Source of the DNA: Octopus vulgaris
Lineage: Eukaryota
Assembly (NCBI GenBank): GCA_951406725.2
Contig: OX597832.1
Location: forward strand, 61,566,001-61,630,000
Reading direction: 5' to 3'
DNA length: 64,000 nt
The notes under the pieces are model-generated. The model had not been told where the DNA came from. It worked only from the letters and a program-made list of their open reading frames with translations, and did not search any database. This document shows, in pieces, positions 41,373-53,870 of the stretch (its first letter is position 1; each line of letters starts with the position of its first letter). A program made the translations under genes and the position numbers.

Positions 41373-42232
41373 AAAGCTTTGAGAAGACAGTAGAATTGAC
41401 ATGGAGCGCAGCATCTCTTAGACGCAAGGCCACTACATCACATCACAATTTGAAGGCTATGCGTTTGCAATTCAGGATTGCCACAACGTACCTGATAAAC
41501 AAGAGAGACAGTGACGATCTTTTAATCCCAAGGTGCAACCGCATGTGTAGGTTATGTCATGTTTCTGTGAAAGACATTACGCATGTGATTAGGAGCTGTC
41601 CTCAAATGTCGTCGCGGTACTACCTCCCTATGCAGCACGATGTTGTCGCTAAAAGAATTTACAAGGACATCGACAAAAAAGATTGTTTTGAAGTAAACGT
41701 AGAAAATCTCTCTGTTATGGAATAAACATTCATAAACACCAACTCATTGAATACTGGTGGAATATTCCCATCAAAACCTCTGTCAAATGTAAACATAACA
41801 GGCTGTTGTTTGGGACAGAGGGGCAAAGGTATATACCATCATAGAGGTCAGCTGCCCTGCAGATATAAATATCTCTTTGAAAATCAAAGGAAAAGAAGAG
41901 GTTATCTATGGATAACTGCTTCGAAACCTTCAGCTTTTATATCCAGACTATGAATTCATATTCATACCAATAATAATCGCACTAGGTTTTGTTAGAAAAT
42001 GCTTAAAGGAGAATCTGGATAAACTGGGATCTTCAGAAAGAAATGTCTACCGGCTAATTCCTACATACAAGTGCAATCTGTGAGTGGAACTGTAAAAATA
42101 TGCAAAACTCTTCTCAAGTTCCAAATGTGAATTTGTCTATGTTAACTACATTCCAAAGATGGAGCCTTGTATCTTTTTTGGAAACCGGCTCCATCCTCAG
42201 TGGAAGATTTAAAATAATTAAAAAATAAAAAG
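41373..42232 (+). mobile_element. R4/Dong-like non-LTR retrotransposon 3' part (CCHC plus REL endonuclease), pseudogenised
   Basis: IATTYLINKRD..CRLCHVSVKDITHVIRSCPQM..YYLPMQHDVVAK, then frameshifted YWWNIPIKT..KHN, IIEVSCPAD, LLRNLQLLYPDY.FIFIPIII.LG. Confidence 0.82.
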
Positions 42233-42247
42233 AGACCATACATACAA

Positions 42248-42656
42248 TTCTTATGCTGAACTATTGAGGAATCTGCTTTTACTATATACCTCTAATTATT
42301 GGGGCCCTTGGATATGTAACACACTGCCTAGAGAAATTAGGCTTTTCAAAACCAGAAAGAAGAAATCTAATTCGAAGACTATAGATCCAGTTCATCACTG
42401 GAACTGTAAAAATCTGTAAAACTGTGCAGAAGTTTATCAGTTAAATATATATAAGCATGTTTAGATATGCAACTATATGCATGAGAAGCAGGAGAATACA
42501 TACATAAAGCAAAACAAAAATCTGCACATATAAATACATACAATCAAAAATACCCTGTTGTTAATGTTGAAATTCCAATCAAGGAGTCTTGGATCTAGGT
42601 TAGAAACCGGCTCTTTTTCTATTGGCAAGAAATCTTGGAATAAAACTGAACAATGA
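42248..42656 (+). mobile_element. Second R4/Dong-like 3' end (different subfamily)
   Basis: ELLRNL.LLY..IIGALGYVTHCL..LGFSKPERRNLIRRL..TGTVKICKT, then a 3' UTR and (CATC)(CATA)n. Confidence 0.75.
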
Positions 42657-42816
42657 CATCCATCCATCTCCATCCATCCATCCATCCATCCATACATACA
42701 TACATACATACATACATACATACATACATACATACATACATAGATACATACATACGTACATACATGCATGCATACATGCATACATGCATACATACATACA
42801 TACATACATACATACA

Positions 42817-42850
<34 letters not shown>

Positions 42851-43114
42851 CATATATACGTAAGCAAGTACATATATACATACATATGCTTGTGTCGCGT
42901 GGCATATACTACAATTGTACAACCTAATAAAAGAAATAGTAAGCCTGAATGATTGAATGGCAGCAAAATATACGCTATATAACCTTGCCTGATTCTATAC
43001 TATAAAAGTATAAAATTGATAGCAGTGCACGTGTAAATCCTGTTTTTATGAAATATTATATGTAAAGATGCTTCCTCACGTAGAAAAGTCTAATTTCTCA
43101 ACATTGTTAGTAAG

Positions 43115-43400
43115 GGAGTGTGTCACATATCCCAGGGCCCCAATAATTACAGGTATAAACCTATGTATGAATGCATGTGCGTATGTATGTTTGTGTGTGT
43201 GTGTGTGTTCATTTGTTTCTCTTTTAAATTGAGAGTAAATCTTTAAATCTTAAGAAGGTCTTGTATCTTTTTATAGGCCCGAATACCATGATCATTTCTA
43301 GAATATGAATTAAGGATTTGTGTTCTCTTCCTAACAACCAAAGTTCAGCCATACTTTGCTATAGGCTGGTTGATATGTATCCTGTTGCTCCAATGGATAT
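43115..43400 (-). mobile_element. Two short R4-like fragments
   Basis: Minus strand gives FIPVIIGALGYVTH (~43118-43162) and ISIGATGYIST (~43368-43400), each adjoining (TATG)n. Confidence 0.5.
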
Positions 43401-43413
43401 GTATGTATGTATT

Positions 43414-43923
43414 AAGGCGGTGAGCTGGCAGAAACATTAGCACGCCGGGCGAAATGCGTAGACGTATTTCGTCTGCCATTACGTTCTGAGGTCGATGTAA
43501 TCGACTTAATCCTTTTGTCTGTCCTTGTTTGTCCTCTCTGTGTTTAGCCCATTGTGGGTAGTAAAGAAATAGGTATTACGTCTGCCGTTACGTTCTGAGT
43601 TCAAATTCCGCCGAGGTTGACTTGCCTTTCATCCTTTCGTGGGCGATAAATTAAGTACCAGTTACGCACTGGGGTCGATGTAGTCGACTTAATCCGTTTG
43701 TCTGTCCTTGTTTGTCCCCTCTGTGTGTAGTCCCTTGTGAGCAGTAAAGAAATGGGTATTTCGTCTGTCGCAAAGGTCTGAGTTCAAATTCCGCCGAGGT
43801 CGACTTTACCTTTCATCCTTTCGGGGTCGATAAATTAAGTACCAGTTGCGTATTGGGGTCTATCTAATTGACTGGCTCCCTTCCCAAAAAATTTGGGCCT
43901 TATGCCTAGAGTAGAAAAGAATA
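43414..43923 (+). mobile_element. Nin/Deu-domain SINE trimer (tail A, tail A, tail B)
   Basis: Junctions gaaata|ggtattacgtctg (43571/43572) and gaaatg|ggtatttcgtctg (43754/43755); last tail gggccttatgcctagagtagaaaagaata. Confidence 0.9.
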
Positions 43924-43989
43924 TGTATGTGTGCATGCAAGTATTAATATTAGTGTTTCATTGAAACTCAGTGGTTACAGTCACTATGT

Positions 43990-44450
43990 TGTCATTATAA
44001 ATAATATTTTGCCTGTCTTATACGTTTCTTTGCGAGTAACACTTTAGTGCTTGATGCAGTTGACTTCGTTTCACTTTATGCGACTTACTTTCTAAATCAT
44101 TCGACTCAAGCTGGCGTCGTTCTGTTTAGTTTTTATTTTAGTTGAAAGTACATTCTGCTGTCTTCTTCGTCTCATGCTTGATACGTAATATGAATAATAG
44201 TTTGAAGTTTTCCAAATTATCCAACAGCGTCTCTATTTTTTTGCTGTAACAGTGTCTCTTCATAGGTGCTCTGTTTATTTTTTGAATTTGAAAGTTCATT
44301 CTGCTCTCTGCTTTGTGTCATAATGCCTAACTAATCTTTTAATGTTCATAAATTCTGATGATTCGTCGCGCATCGCAACATTTATAAGACATTTCTGCAT
44401 TTTTATTCTAATCCGAGCTTGACGGACTAAACAGTGATAAGAATAAACAA
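43990..44450 (-). mobile_element. hAT (Charlie/GTF2IRD2-like) transposase N-terminal remnant
   Basis: Minus strand QKCLI...RLVRHYDTKQ resembles the CLIC...NLxRHYxTKH BED finger; downstream VLLAKK-like segment. Confidence 0.4.
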
Positions 44451-45034
44451 ATATGTGATAAACTTCACCGAATAACTGACTTGGGACTCCTACTCCAACA
44501 CTTGTCTTCAGATAACACCTCACAATAAAAATGCTTCACGTTGTGATTTAGCAGAGCAAAAAAGCAGAAATTATTTGAAATTACAGATTGAAATTTAAGA
44601 ACACCTAGGTATGCTGATATCTCCTCATGTCCTTATAAGAAATAGTGTTCTTCGAGAAATTTTCTAGTGAATATAGATACTAAGGCTTGTGATGTACATG
44701 TACATCCTTTACGGGGAATCTGTCAAATACGTCGTACACGAACAGCTCCTTTCTTAAACTCAATCTGCAGTCCCTCGACAACCTTCTGAAAATGCATGTA
44801 ACTTGTTTGCAAGATTATGTTCCCATATGTAAATATGCATATATGTTGGTAGTTTCGACTATACATACATGTACAAACAACATTTGTGGCATAATAAAAA
44901 GCATTTACGACGCAATGTAGAATAACGAGTGATTCCTTGACTACAACATACTGTACTTAATAAAAGTTATCGAATCCTTGTAATATTTAGTGAGTGACAA
45001 AATACGAAATTGGTGATATGTTGTCAACTTAATG

Positions 45035-45465
45035 TGCCAGTCCCATGAAAGGGAAGAATGCTACTGCTATTTAACCCTAGGAAGCACCGCTTACTGTCGG
45101 CCTTGACACATTTCCTGTGTCCTTATATTTACATAGGTAATGGGTAGCGATTTCCTGTACTACTACAGGGAGTGACGATCCTGCCTGACACGAGTCCAAG
45201 GCTCAGCTGGCTCCGGCTGACAGTACCCGGTATGGGCCCCTATCCATGGTTACGGAAAGGAGACAACCTTCAAAGAAATCCGTAGTGGAACCCCGTAGGC
45301 GGTTTAGTGTTCGACTCGACACTCTTCCGGCAGCTCCAGCAACCAAACTGGTGCCAAACGTAATGCTCTGCACTCCTTTGGACTACATCAGCAAGGTCAC
45401 GAGAGGAGTCCTGATGATTGGGCTACCCAGGATTTTCTTACATCTAGCCCAGGCCTGCGCAATTG
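45035..45465 (+). mobile_element. Unclassified GC-richer interspersed repeat (LINE 5' UTR-like)
   Basis: Sharp compositional island; recalled as a recurrent octopus repeat; no protein motif. Confidence 0.35.
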
Positions 45466-45759
45466 GTAAGAATTAAATTGGTAAGGTGTTTTCTGAAAGA
45501 TACGTATAGCTTTCGCTAGTGGAAGTAAAACTCTTATTCTTTGGGACGAATCATATGTGATGGTTTAAAAAATGCTAGAACGACAATGCTAAAGCGTATT
45601 TGAAACATTAGACAACAGTCGAAATATCATAATAGTTGGGTAAATAAGCATCCTTAAAGTGAAACAATGCATTCGTAGGTAAACAAAGGTATCAAAAAAT
45701 AGAAGAGATGGAAGCGAATATCACCTTTGAAGTAACTCAGGATAGGTAAAAGTAAGTTT

Positions 45760-46335
45760 TCCAAAGTTTAATGCAGTTTAAATATGGAGATTAAGATTGG
45801 TTGGTATAGGGTATTCTTCGCGTACAGTGTTCCTAGTCAATTTAATCAGCGTCGCAGGTGTACAGTCGAAATAAATAGAGAAGACCCTTTCACTTTTATA
45901 AAAAGATTAAAGAAGTATGGAAGACCCTAAGACAAAAAACAAAAGACTATGTCCATTTACATCCATTTAAGCGGGAGCTCTGGACAAAATGTTACAGTGC
46001 AAGTAATGTGTGAGTAAAGTTTGATGAAAATCCGTTGAGAATTGTGGAAATGTATGTGTTCAGTCTTCCTAATCAATTCAGTCACCGTCGCAGGTAAACA
46101 GTCGAAATTAATAAATAGAAAAACAATCCTTTCGCTTTTATAAAAAGATTAAAAGAGTATGGAAGACCCTACATACAAAAATCTCTATACATTTACGTGG
46201 GAACTCTGTTATAGTGAATGACAAGCTTTAGTACATAAATGATGTGCGTGTAAAGTTAGGTGAAAATCGGTTAAGAATTGTGGAAATGTATGCGTTCGTC
46301 ATTATACAAACACACTGTGATTTGTATATACTAGA
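45760..46335 (-). mobile_element. Non-autonomous Helitron-like element with a ~236-bp internal tandem duplication
   Basis: Minus strand starts A|TCTAGTATATACAAA..aaccgattttcacctaactttacac. Diverged direct repeats at 45830-46060 and 46066-46297. Confidence 0.55.
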
Positions 46336-46344
46336 TAATATAAT

Positions 46345-46490
46345 AAGGTGGTGAGCTGGCAAAAATGTTAGCACGCAAAAGAACTGTTTGTCATTCACCC
46401 TTTTCTGATGGATAAAATCAAGTACCAGTTGAGTACAGAGATTAGCGTAATTGATTTAACCTTTCCTTTTGTCAAATTTGAGACTATTAT
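46345..46490 (+). mobile_element. Internally deleted Nin/Deu SINE
   Basis: aggtggtgagctggcaaaaatgttagcacgc...gataaaatcaagtaccagttgagtac. Confidence 0.65.
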
Positions 46491-46500
46491 ATTATATTAT

Positions 46501-46818
46501 GTGGAGGCACGTGGCCTAGTGGTTAGAGCAGCGGACTCGCGGTCGAGGGTTCGCGAGTTCGAATCTCAGACCGGGCGATGTGTGTGTTTATGAGCGAAAC
46601 ACCTAAGCTCCACGCGGCTCCGGCAGAAGGTAATGGCGAACCTCTGCTGACTCTTTCACCACAACTTTCTCTCACTCTTTCCTCCCGCGTCTTGCAGCTC
46701 ACCTGCGACGGACCGGCGTCCCGTTCAGGTGGGGAACCTATACGACAAGGAAAACCGGGAAACCGGCCCTTATAAGCCAGGCATGGCTTGAGAAGGAACA
46801 AACACCAACATCAACAAC
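46501..46818 (+). mobile_element. Full-length tRNA-derived SINE (head 1 plus body Y)
   Basis: A box tggcctagtgg, B box gagttcgaatct, (AAC)n tail, TSD-like atattatatt; shares its first ~180 bp with the 18375 element. Confidence 0.88.
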
Positions 46819-46879
46819 ATATTATATTTTTCACATTCTTACTGAAATTAATGTGCTAAATTAACCTCTATAATAAAAC

Positions 46880-47060
46880 TGGTTTCAAGTTATGAGTCAG
46901 AGCCAGCAATTTCGGGGAAGGGCGAAGTCGATTACATTAACCCCCAGTACTTGGTTGGTATTATTTTATCGACCCCGAAAGAATAAAACGCAAGGTCGAC
47001 CTTGATGGAATTTGAACTCAGAACGTAATTTTGTCCGGTGTGCTAACAGTTCTCTCCTTA
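46880..47060 (-). mobile_element. Nin/Deu-domain SINE
   Basis: ttttatcgaccccgaaagaataaaacgcaaggtcgaccttgatggaatttgaactcagaacg. Confidence 0.8.
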
Positions 47061-47319
47061 TGTTGAGTCATAATAAAAAAAGAAATTACATTAAAGTGAA
47101 TAAATATTGGACATTTCTTTCTGGAGTACATATTAGTAATGCTTATACAAGAAGAGCGGTGACAGGGACTTCGAAATTTCAGACTGGCTTCCTACGTCAG
47201 ACAGTCCGATGAAGTCTAGCACGCCTCAACTTCGAAGTCACAATCACAATTCTTCCTGCAAATATATAACAAGCACACACAAACGCACACAGATTATTAC
47301 ACATGCGTGTGTGTGCGTG

Positions 47320-47377
<58 letters not shown>

Positions 47378-48619
47378 TACGCATTATGATTCTTCATATT
47401 CAAATCAGCTGGAGAATCGCACATAGCAGGAATGCTTTGTATTAACCTATTGCGAAAGAATATACAAACTAGACGCCATCTTTTTTTTACCCTTTCTACA
47501 TCGAAACGATTACATACATTGATACATATACACGTGCATACATATAAACGCACACACAAACACACACACACACACACAGATATATATTATATATATATAT
47601 ATGCACATATATGTGTCTGTGTGTACGCGTGCGTGTGTCTATGTCTACACACATACACACATACACACACATATGATGATGTTTTATTTCCTTATTTCGT
47701 TTTTATATTTCGATATACACACATTTAAGACTGCTGGATATTTCTTTTATCACCTGTCGAATGGTCTGCAGATGACAAGTTTCGGTATCTTCCGACACCC
47801 TCCGCCACTCTCCGGCACTACCACACCCTCTAGCTATTCCGAGCCGTATTAACGCTTCCATAACAGGAAAGTTACGCATTTAGACGACATGTCTGTTTGA
47901 TATTGTAGATGTGTTTTATATATCTAACAGCCGTCAATTTTATTATAAAATCAATAGCAGATATATCACTGATTGGGCCTACTCGAAGCCTATTTATTTT
48001 ATTTATTATATATTTATTCACCTATCTTTTGTTCTTTATTTTTACCCGTATACATGAGATCTAATGATGTTATCAGCTTGTTTAAATTATCCGTTTATAA
48101 CGGTCTTTTTTTTATATTTCATGTTACCTCCAGCTCTGTCGGTAATACAATATTCAACGCCGGGAATCGGAAAAGTTCGTAACATAAAAACATACCGTAG
48201 CCCTGTCATGATTAATCTACTAATCCAAAGACCACAAAAAAAAAAAAACACCAATGGCTTTTTATTATTACTATTTACTGTTTGTTTTTAGTTTTATTTT
48301 CACCCCTCTGTCATTTATTCTCTCTGTGCAAAGACGGCCTTTTTCGACTGATCATCTTGTGATCTGTAGCAAACATAACGAAACGATAATGCAAATGATG
48401 AAAGTTTACACTCTCTCGCTCTTCTCAATCATATCAACTGAAGCATGCTCACATTGCGGCTCGCTTTTTTGTTGTTTTTGTTTTTGTATCTTGAATCAAG
48501 AAATTTTACCTGGCATTTAAAAGCTCTTCATACAACACACTCGCACACTCTATACACACATACATACATTCATTGATGCATACATACATATGTATACACA
48601 CATACATATATACACAGTC

Positions 48620-48727
<108 letters not shown>

Positions 48728-48814
48728 TATATAAGTTAATCATGTTAATGGTATATACACGGTTTCGACCTTAACTACCATGCAGAGCTGGTGATTATTT
48801 TTCATTGTAGCATT

Positions 48815-49012
48815 AAGGCGGCTAGCGGGCAGAGCCGTTAGTAGCATTTCGTCCAATCTTTATGTCCTGAGTTCAAATTCCACTGAAGTCGACTTTGCTC
48901 TTCATCATTTCGAGGGTCGATAAAATAAGTACCAATTATACACTGAGGTTGATGTAATCGACTTAACCGCCTCCCCACAAATTGCTTGTCTTGTCCCAAA
49001 ATTTCAAATTAT
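48815..49012 (+). mobile_element. Nin/Deu-domain SINE
   Basis: aaggcggctagcgggcaga...gagttcaaattccactgaagtcgactttgctcttcatc...ggtcgataaaataagtacca. Confidence 0.8.
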
Positions 49013-50397
49013 TTTAAGTTCAGCATGAGACTTGGGGATACTGATTTCATTGTAACACGCTCAATGAAATTCGATCTATCATTTGACCCTTCTCTTAAAT
49101 CTGAGCCAACTGCAGTTTGCTGGTGTAATATTTGCTATTAACAATAAGAGTAATTAATTATTAACGACGCAGGATAGATTGCTTTGCGGTAATCGTTCCG
49201 GCTGTCGACGCTGTAATTTCAAATCACGCCGTCATCGATTTGTTCTCACCATTTTTGGGATGGGTTCAGGTTGTTGGGTCGATAACTAAAGTATCACTCC
49301 TGTACATACGATAACTTTATCTCCTCCCTTTTCCGTCCGTATAAAGTCCTGGAATACATCAAGTGTAGTTGGACCAAGTGTTAGTTGGTCCAGCAGAAAA
49401 TACTCAAGGCTCAACGTATGCGAGAACGGCATCTCTGTGACTCCACCTAAAACTGATGGCTATCAGCCATGGTAAGAGAGAACAAGGCAAAGCTAAGCAA
49501 AGCAACTAGTTACATCCAACTAGCTTAGCAAGAATGATAAACAGTACAAACGAAACAAAGACGAGTCAGTTACTTGGATATACGTGTGTTCTGGTTTCAA
49601 ATTCGATTTATACTTCCATCTTAGATAAATTAAAATTGCCGTCCACAAAATTAATAAGATGTGATCCATTATAACCACAATCAAACCTGTGTTACCTCGT
49701 GCTTATATTGTTTGGATTTATCACCAGATGTCACTTCTCTCAGTACTACGAGGATCAAAAATCTTCCAATTGTGACCATAACGCTTTATTTACATATTTT
49801 TAATGCGAAAGATAACAATGTTGAATGTGTCCTTCTGTATCTAATGCAGTGATGCAGTGTCTATTATTTTGTCTCTGAAAGATTTAACTATTATTATTAT
49901 CATTGAATTATTATTTCTGGTTGTAACATGTCGCTAGACACGTAGAAAAACCCTCGTTGTTTCATGTACTTAAATTAGAGAAGGGAGGTAAGCAGCAAAA
50001 ATCATGAGAGCGTTGGCCAAAATACTTTGTGCCACTCAGTTACGTCCCTTCGCTTTCTGCAATGAAAATCTTGGGTTGGGTTGGATAACATAAAACATCA
50101 ATGTTGGGCCAGCGGGATTTAAGTGTCTTTGCTCATCTTTCTAAACTAAAGCCTTGTATTGGTGATGGGTATCAAAATTATGTGGCTGAGTTAGTAGAGC
50201 GCCGGACACAGTGACTTTGTCGTATTTAACTTTGTGTAAGTTATGATTTGCGTTCAAACTCCACTTTGGACAATTTTGAATTACGTTCTTTCATGGTTAT
50301 TCAAATAAATAACAAATAAGCATTAAGGATGAATGGTTAGTGGCATTGCTTCATGCAATTTACGCAGTTCAATTCTTACCGAGGTCAGCATAAATCC

Positions 50398-50538
50398 AGG
50401 TGAAAAAGTTACAGGTACAAAAGTCACAGAGGTTTTGTCCAGGGTGGGGTTTGTCCGAGGGGTTTTTGTCCTAAGGGGGTTATGTCTTGATCCTATAAAT
50501 TAATCGTGAAATTTTTTCCTGTGATTTTTTTCCTAGCC
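50398..50538. mobile_element. Small MITE with subterminal (ggggttttgtcc) repeats, nested in a decayed Nin SINE
   Basis: Inverted motifs aaaagtcacag / ctgtgattttt and four ggNttttgtcc-like repeats; SINE halves at ~50365-50390 and ~50570-50645. Confidence 0.5.
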
Positions 50539-52059
50539 AAAATTGTGTCTTTATTACCGGTCACCTTCAACATTGCCCATCATCTGTTCGTGTCGATAAA
50601 ATAAATACCAGCTGAGCACTGAGGTCGATCAAATCGACTTTCCACCCACCTCTTGTTTTCTGTAACGTTTATTACTCGGGACCGTAGACACCATACCATA
50701 CACTCATTCAGTGGTTTTAACTAAAACGTTATCTAGACACGATTTCCATGGGTCGATTTGCTTTGCCCAAGACTTCATTGACATTCAACATATTTATGTA
50801 ACAGATATTTGTTAGATATGTTTTAACTGCCAGAGATGTTTTGCGATTTCTTACATTCTACACTTGTAGCGACTCATCTCATAACACAAACTCGGAGTAC
50901 CTCTAAGAGGTTATTTCATTTGCCCCTAAACACTAAAAAGCCAATTTGCATTTTTTTCCCCTGCGCATCTTTGCGGTTACAATGTTTTGATTTGCATTTA
51001 ATTCTCTCTCCTCATCGGAGAACTAGAGTACAAACGAAATGAAATCCTGCGCAATATGTGTGTGTGTGTGTGTTTGTTTGTTGTTGTTGTTGTTTAAATG
51101 GAGTACTGAACTGCAAGGTTTGCCTTGGAGTTAGTGCCAAGGTATCACTTTTCTGTCTGAGATTGTGTTATAGCACTTGGAGTGATCTTTCCTTTTCTTA
51201 TTCTCTTATGGGAAGAAGGGTATCAGATCTTTGCTCTGGGGAACACAGTCAATGTCTACCGTTCCGCTAGACTATGTGGTCAAGGGTGTTCATTAAGTTT
51301 TTTTTACGGCAGTCTGGACATAGACTAGATGCAAGTTAGTTTTCTTGACGGAATCTCTTTCTGGCGCCGTATCTGCTATTCCCAACACCACTCACGCCAA
51401 CAGCGATCGGCAAAATATTTATCTCCAGTCGAACATCACTTTTATGTTGCATTCGTCAAGGTGATAACTGAGAGTGATTTCTTCCTTTTACACAGGACAG
51501 AGGTAAGTTTCATTGTTTGTGATGCCTAACAGAATCTCACCTCGACCGTCTCATCCTCTGAAAGAAGTATATGTCAGATTCATCTCAGACAATTTTATCA
51601 CAAAGTTAAAGCTTCTGCTGGTACTGTCTCATAATTTTGCGAATGAATGACGAGGTCTCACTTGCAATATTCTTTGTAAACCAACTGAGAAAACTTTGCC
51701 TTCAAGCTTCTTCTTCCTCCTCCTCTACCTCTCACTGTTAGCCTTCTCTTAATCCCATCGCTTCCTCGTCCGGTGGATTTGGTTTTTTTTCGACGCCATA
51801 TTGTTTACGTAACTTCCTCATATATAACTTACCAAAAATAAAATTTGTAACAAATTTTACAACTCGCAGAAGGAGGCACAGGTAACACTATCTCTTTCGG
51901 CTCGGCTGCACCTGGCGGTTTTACAATAAAAATCTGAACAGCAACGAAGTCAAATGAATCAAATCAATAATCGGTTAATGCAGCAACAATCCTTAACGAT
52001 ATAAAAACATAAAGACGAGGGAGAGTCAAAACGCTACGAAAATAATGATAATTCTTTCA

Positions 52060-52240
52060 AATTTTATCACGAGCTATTTTGAGAGGAGGGGAAGTCCACT
52101 ACATCGGCCCCAGCACTTGACTGGTACTCATCGACCTTGAGACGATGAATCGTGAAGTAGGCTCGGCAAGATTTGAACACGAAAATTGAAGATCCGGAAG
52201 AAATGCTGCGAAGCATTCTGTCCGATGTTATAACGTAGGG
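52060..52240 (-). mobile_element. Nin/Deu-domain SINE (diverged)
   Basis: ccccagcacttgactggtactcatcgacc...ctcggcaagatttgaacacga. Confidence 0.65.
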
Positions 52241-52313
52241 AAACCATTTTGAACATAGTTTCTTTTGAGTTTGTTTTTTTCACAAGATTATAATTCTGCC
52301 ATCTTAAAGCCAC

Positions 52314-52463
52314 AATAATAATAATAATGATGATGATGACGACGACAACGACGACGACCGACGTCTATGTTGGTGGTAGTTATGACAACAGCAACAAAAG
52401 AAGCAACATAAATATCATGGAACAAGAAACAACAAAAACAGCAACAGTAGCAACAACAAAACC

Positions 52464-52524
<61 letters not shown>

Positions 52525-52560
52525 TTCGTGATAATGATAATAATGGTATTCATATCGACA

Positions 52561-52641
<81 letters not shown>

Positions 52642-52835
52642 TTAATAATAATAATAATAACTGTTATGCTTATTCGTATTTCACTGGTTGGTGGTTATGG
52701 TGATGTTACGGTTGATGGTATGGCGGTTTGTTTTTATTAACGCATGATAGAAGTTCGTTGGCACAACTTGATACTCAGCTTCGCATGTGGTAGAACAAGT
52801 GACAAACGAAAGAGAGAAAATAAGAAGAGAGAATC

Positions 52836-52908
<73 letters not shown>

Positions 52909-52945
52909 TAATAATTATAATTATAATTATTACAATAATAATAAT
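52314..52945. repeat. (AAT)n-rich trinucleotide tracts
   Basis: Directly visible. Confidence 0.92.
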
Positions 52946-53870
52946 GTTTTCTTTATTAACCAGAAAAACATTGTGAACGGTAGAGGGTTATACAACGTGG
53001 GATTGCATAAAAGGAGTGTAAAAAATTAAAAAAAAACAATAAGCTAGTACAATATAAAAAAAGTTATAATACTGAATAATTCCCGAATAGAGGGTGACCT
53101 ACTCGGGCTGCTCGTGGAGACCCCACAAAACCACCGTGACCCTGAGCATTAAGACCAGTGTCCTCTCCACAACATCCTCTTTCAACATACTGGCGCATGC
53201 TTAAAGTTGCGATCATTCACTCGCCTTCCAACAAAATTGCCTGGAAGCAGCACTTCTCTCTCTACTCCCACTTTCGTTTTCAAGTAGAACTTTAAAAGGT
53301 TGATGGCTGCTTGTCCAAAGAGAAAAGTATCTTTCCTCAGCACTTTCAATCTGGTCCGCCACAGAAGCTCTTTCACGAAGGTCACCAGACAAGAAAACAC
53401 TACCTGCTCTTCCTGGAAACAGGTGGCAGGACGATCTTCACAATGGATATAACTGATTACTGGATCCGCCCTACATGTGACAGCAAGAGTTTGATATTAA
53501 CCCAGAAGTCAGCAATGCTCGGGAACTGCAGAGCATGCAGAAGTACTTCGTCGATTTGCATATAGTGTTTATCCCGAAGTGGAAATGAACTATCAGCCCA
53601 AACATTTCTGGAAATTATCCATAGGACCCGTCCTGAAAGTCCTTCGGAACAGACCAGACAGTTGATTCTTATCGAAGTTCAAAGTCTTCCTGAGAACGTC
53701 ATTATGCTTGCCCTCCACAAACCCTCTATAGAGCTCTAAGGTGGAACTTCCACCGACCGCATTGCCCGACTGACAGCGGATTGTGAGCCCCTTAGCTCAA
53801 ATGTACCAAAGCATCTCCCACGGGTGACATAAATTTATAAATCCCAGACTGGTCTCAGGCATTTTTCAAT
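52930..53870 (-). mobile_element. Diverged Tx1/L1-clade LINE 3' portion
   Basis: Minus strand FPLRDK..QIDEVLLHAL.FPSIADFW and WRTRLKVLRKDTFLFGQAAINLLKFYLKTKVGVEREVL align with the C-terminus of the 2124-4698 LINE (LPVRDKL..QSDETVLHALVQCPTISDLW; SGQSLINVFKYHLKRKVRMEK). Ends aataaagaaa into (TTA)n. Confidence 0.8.

Noticed and set aside
51700-51860. Minus-strand gtaaacaatATGGCG promoter/start motif followed by acidic codons
   Set aside because: The frame closes after 16 codons; more likely a decayed DNA-transposon start than a host first exon, and it cannot be supported further.
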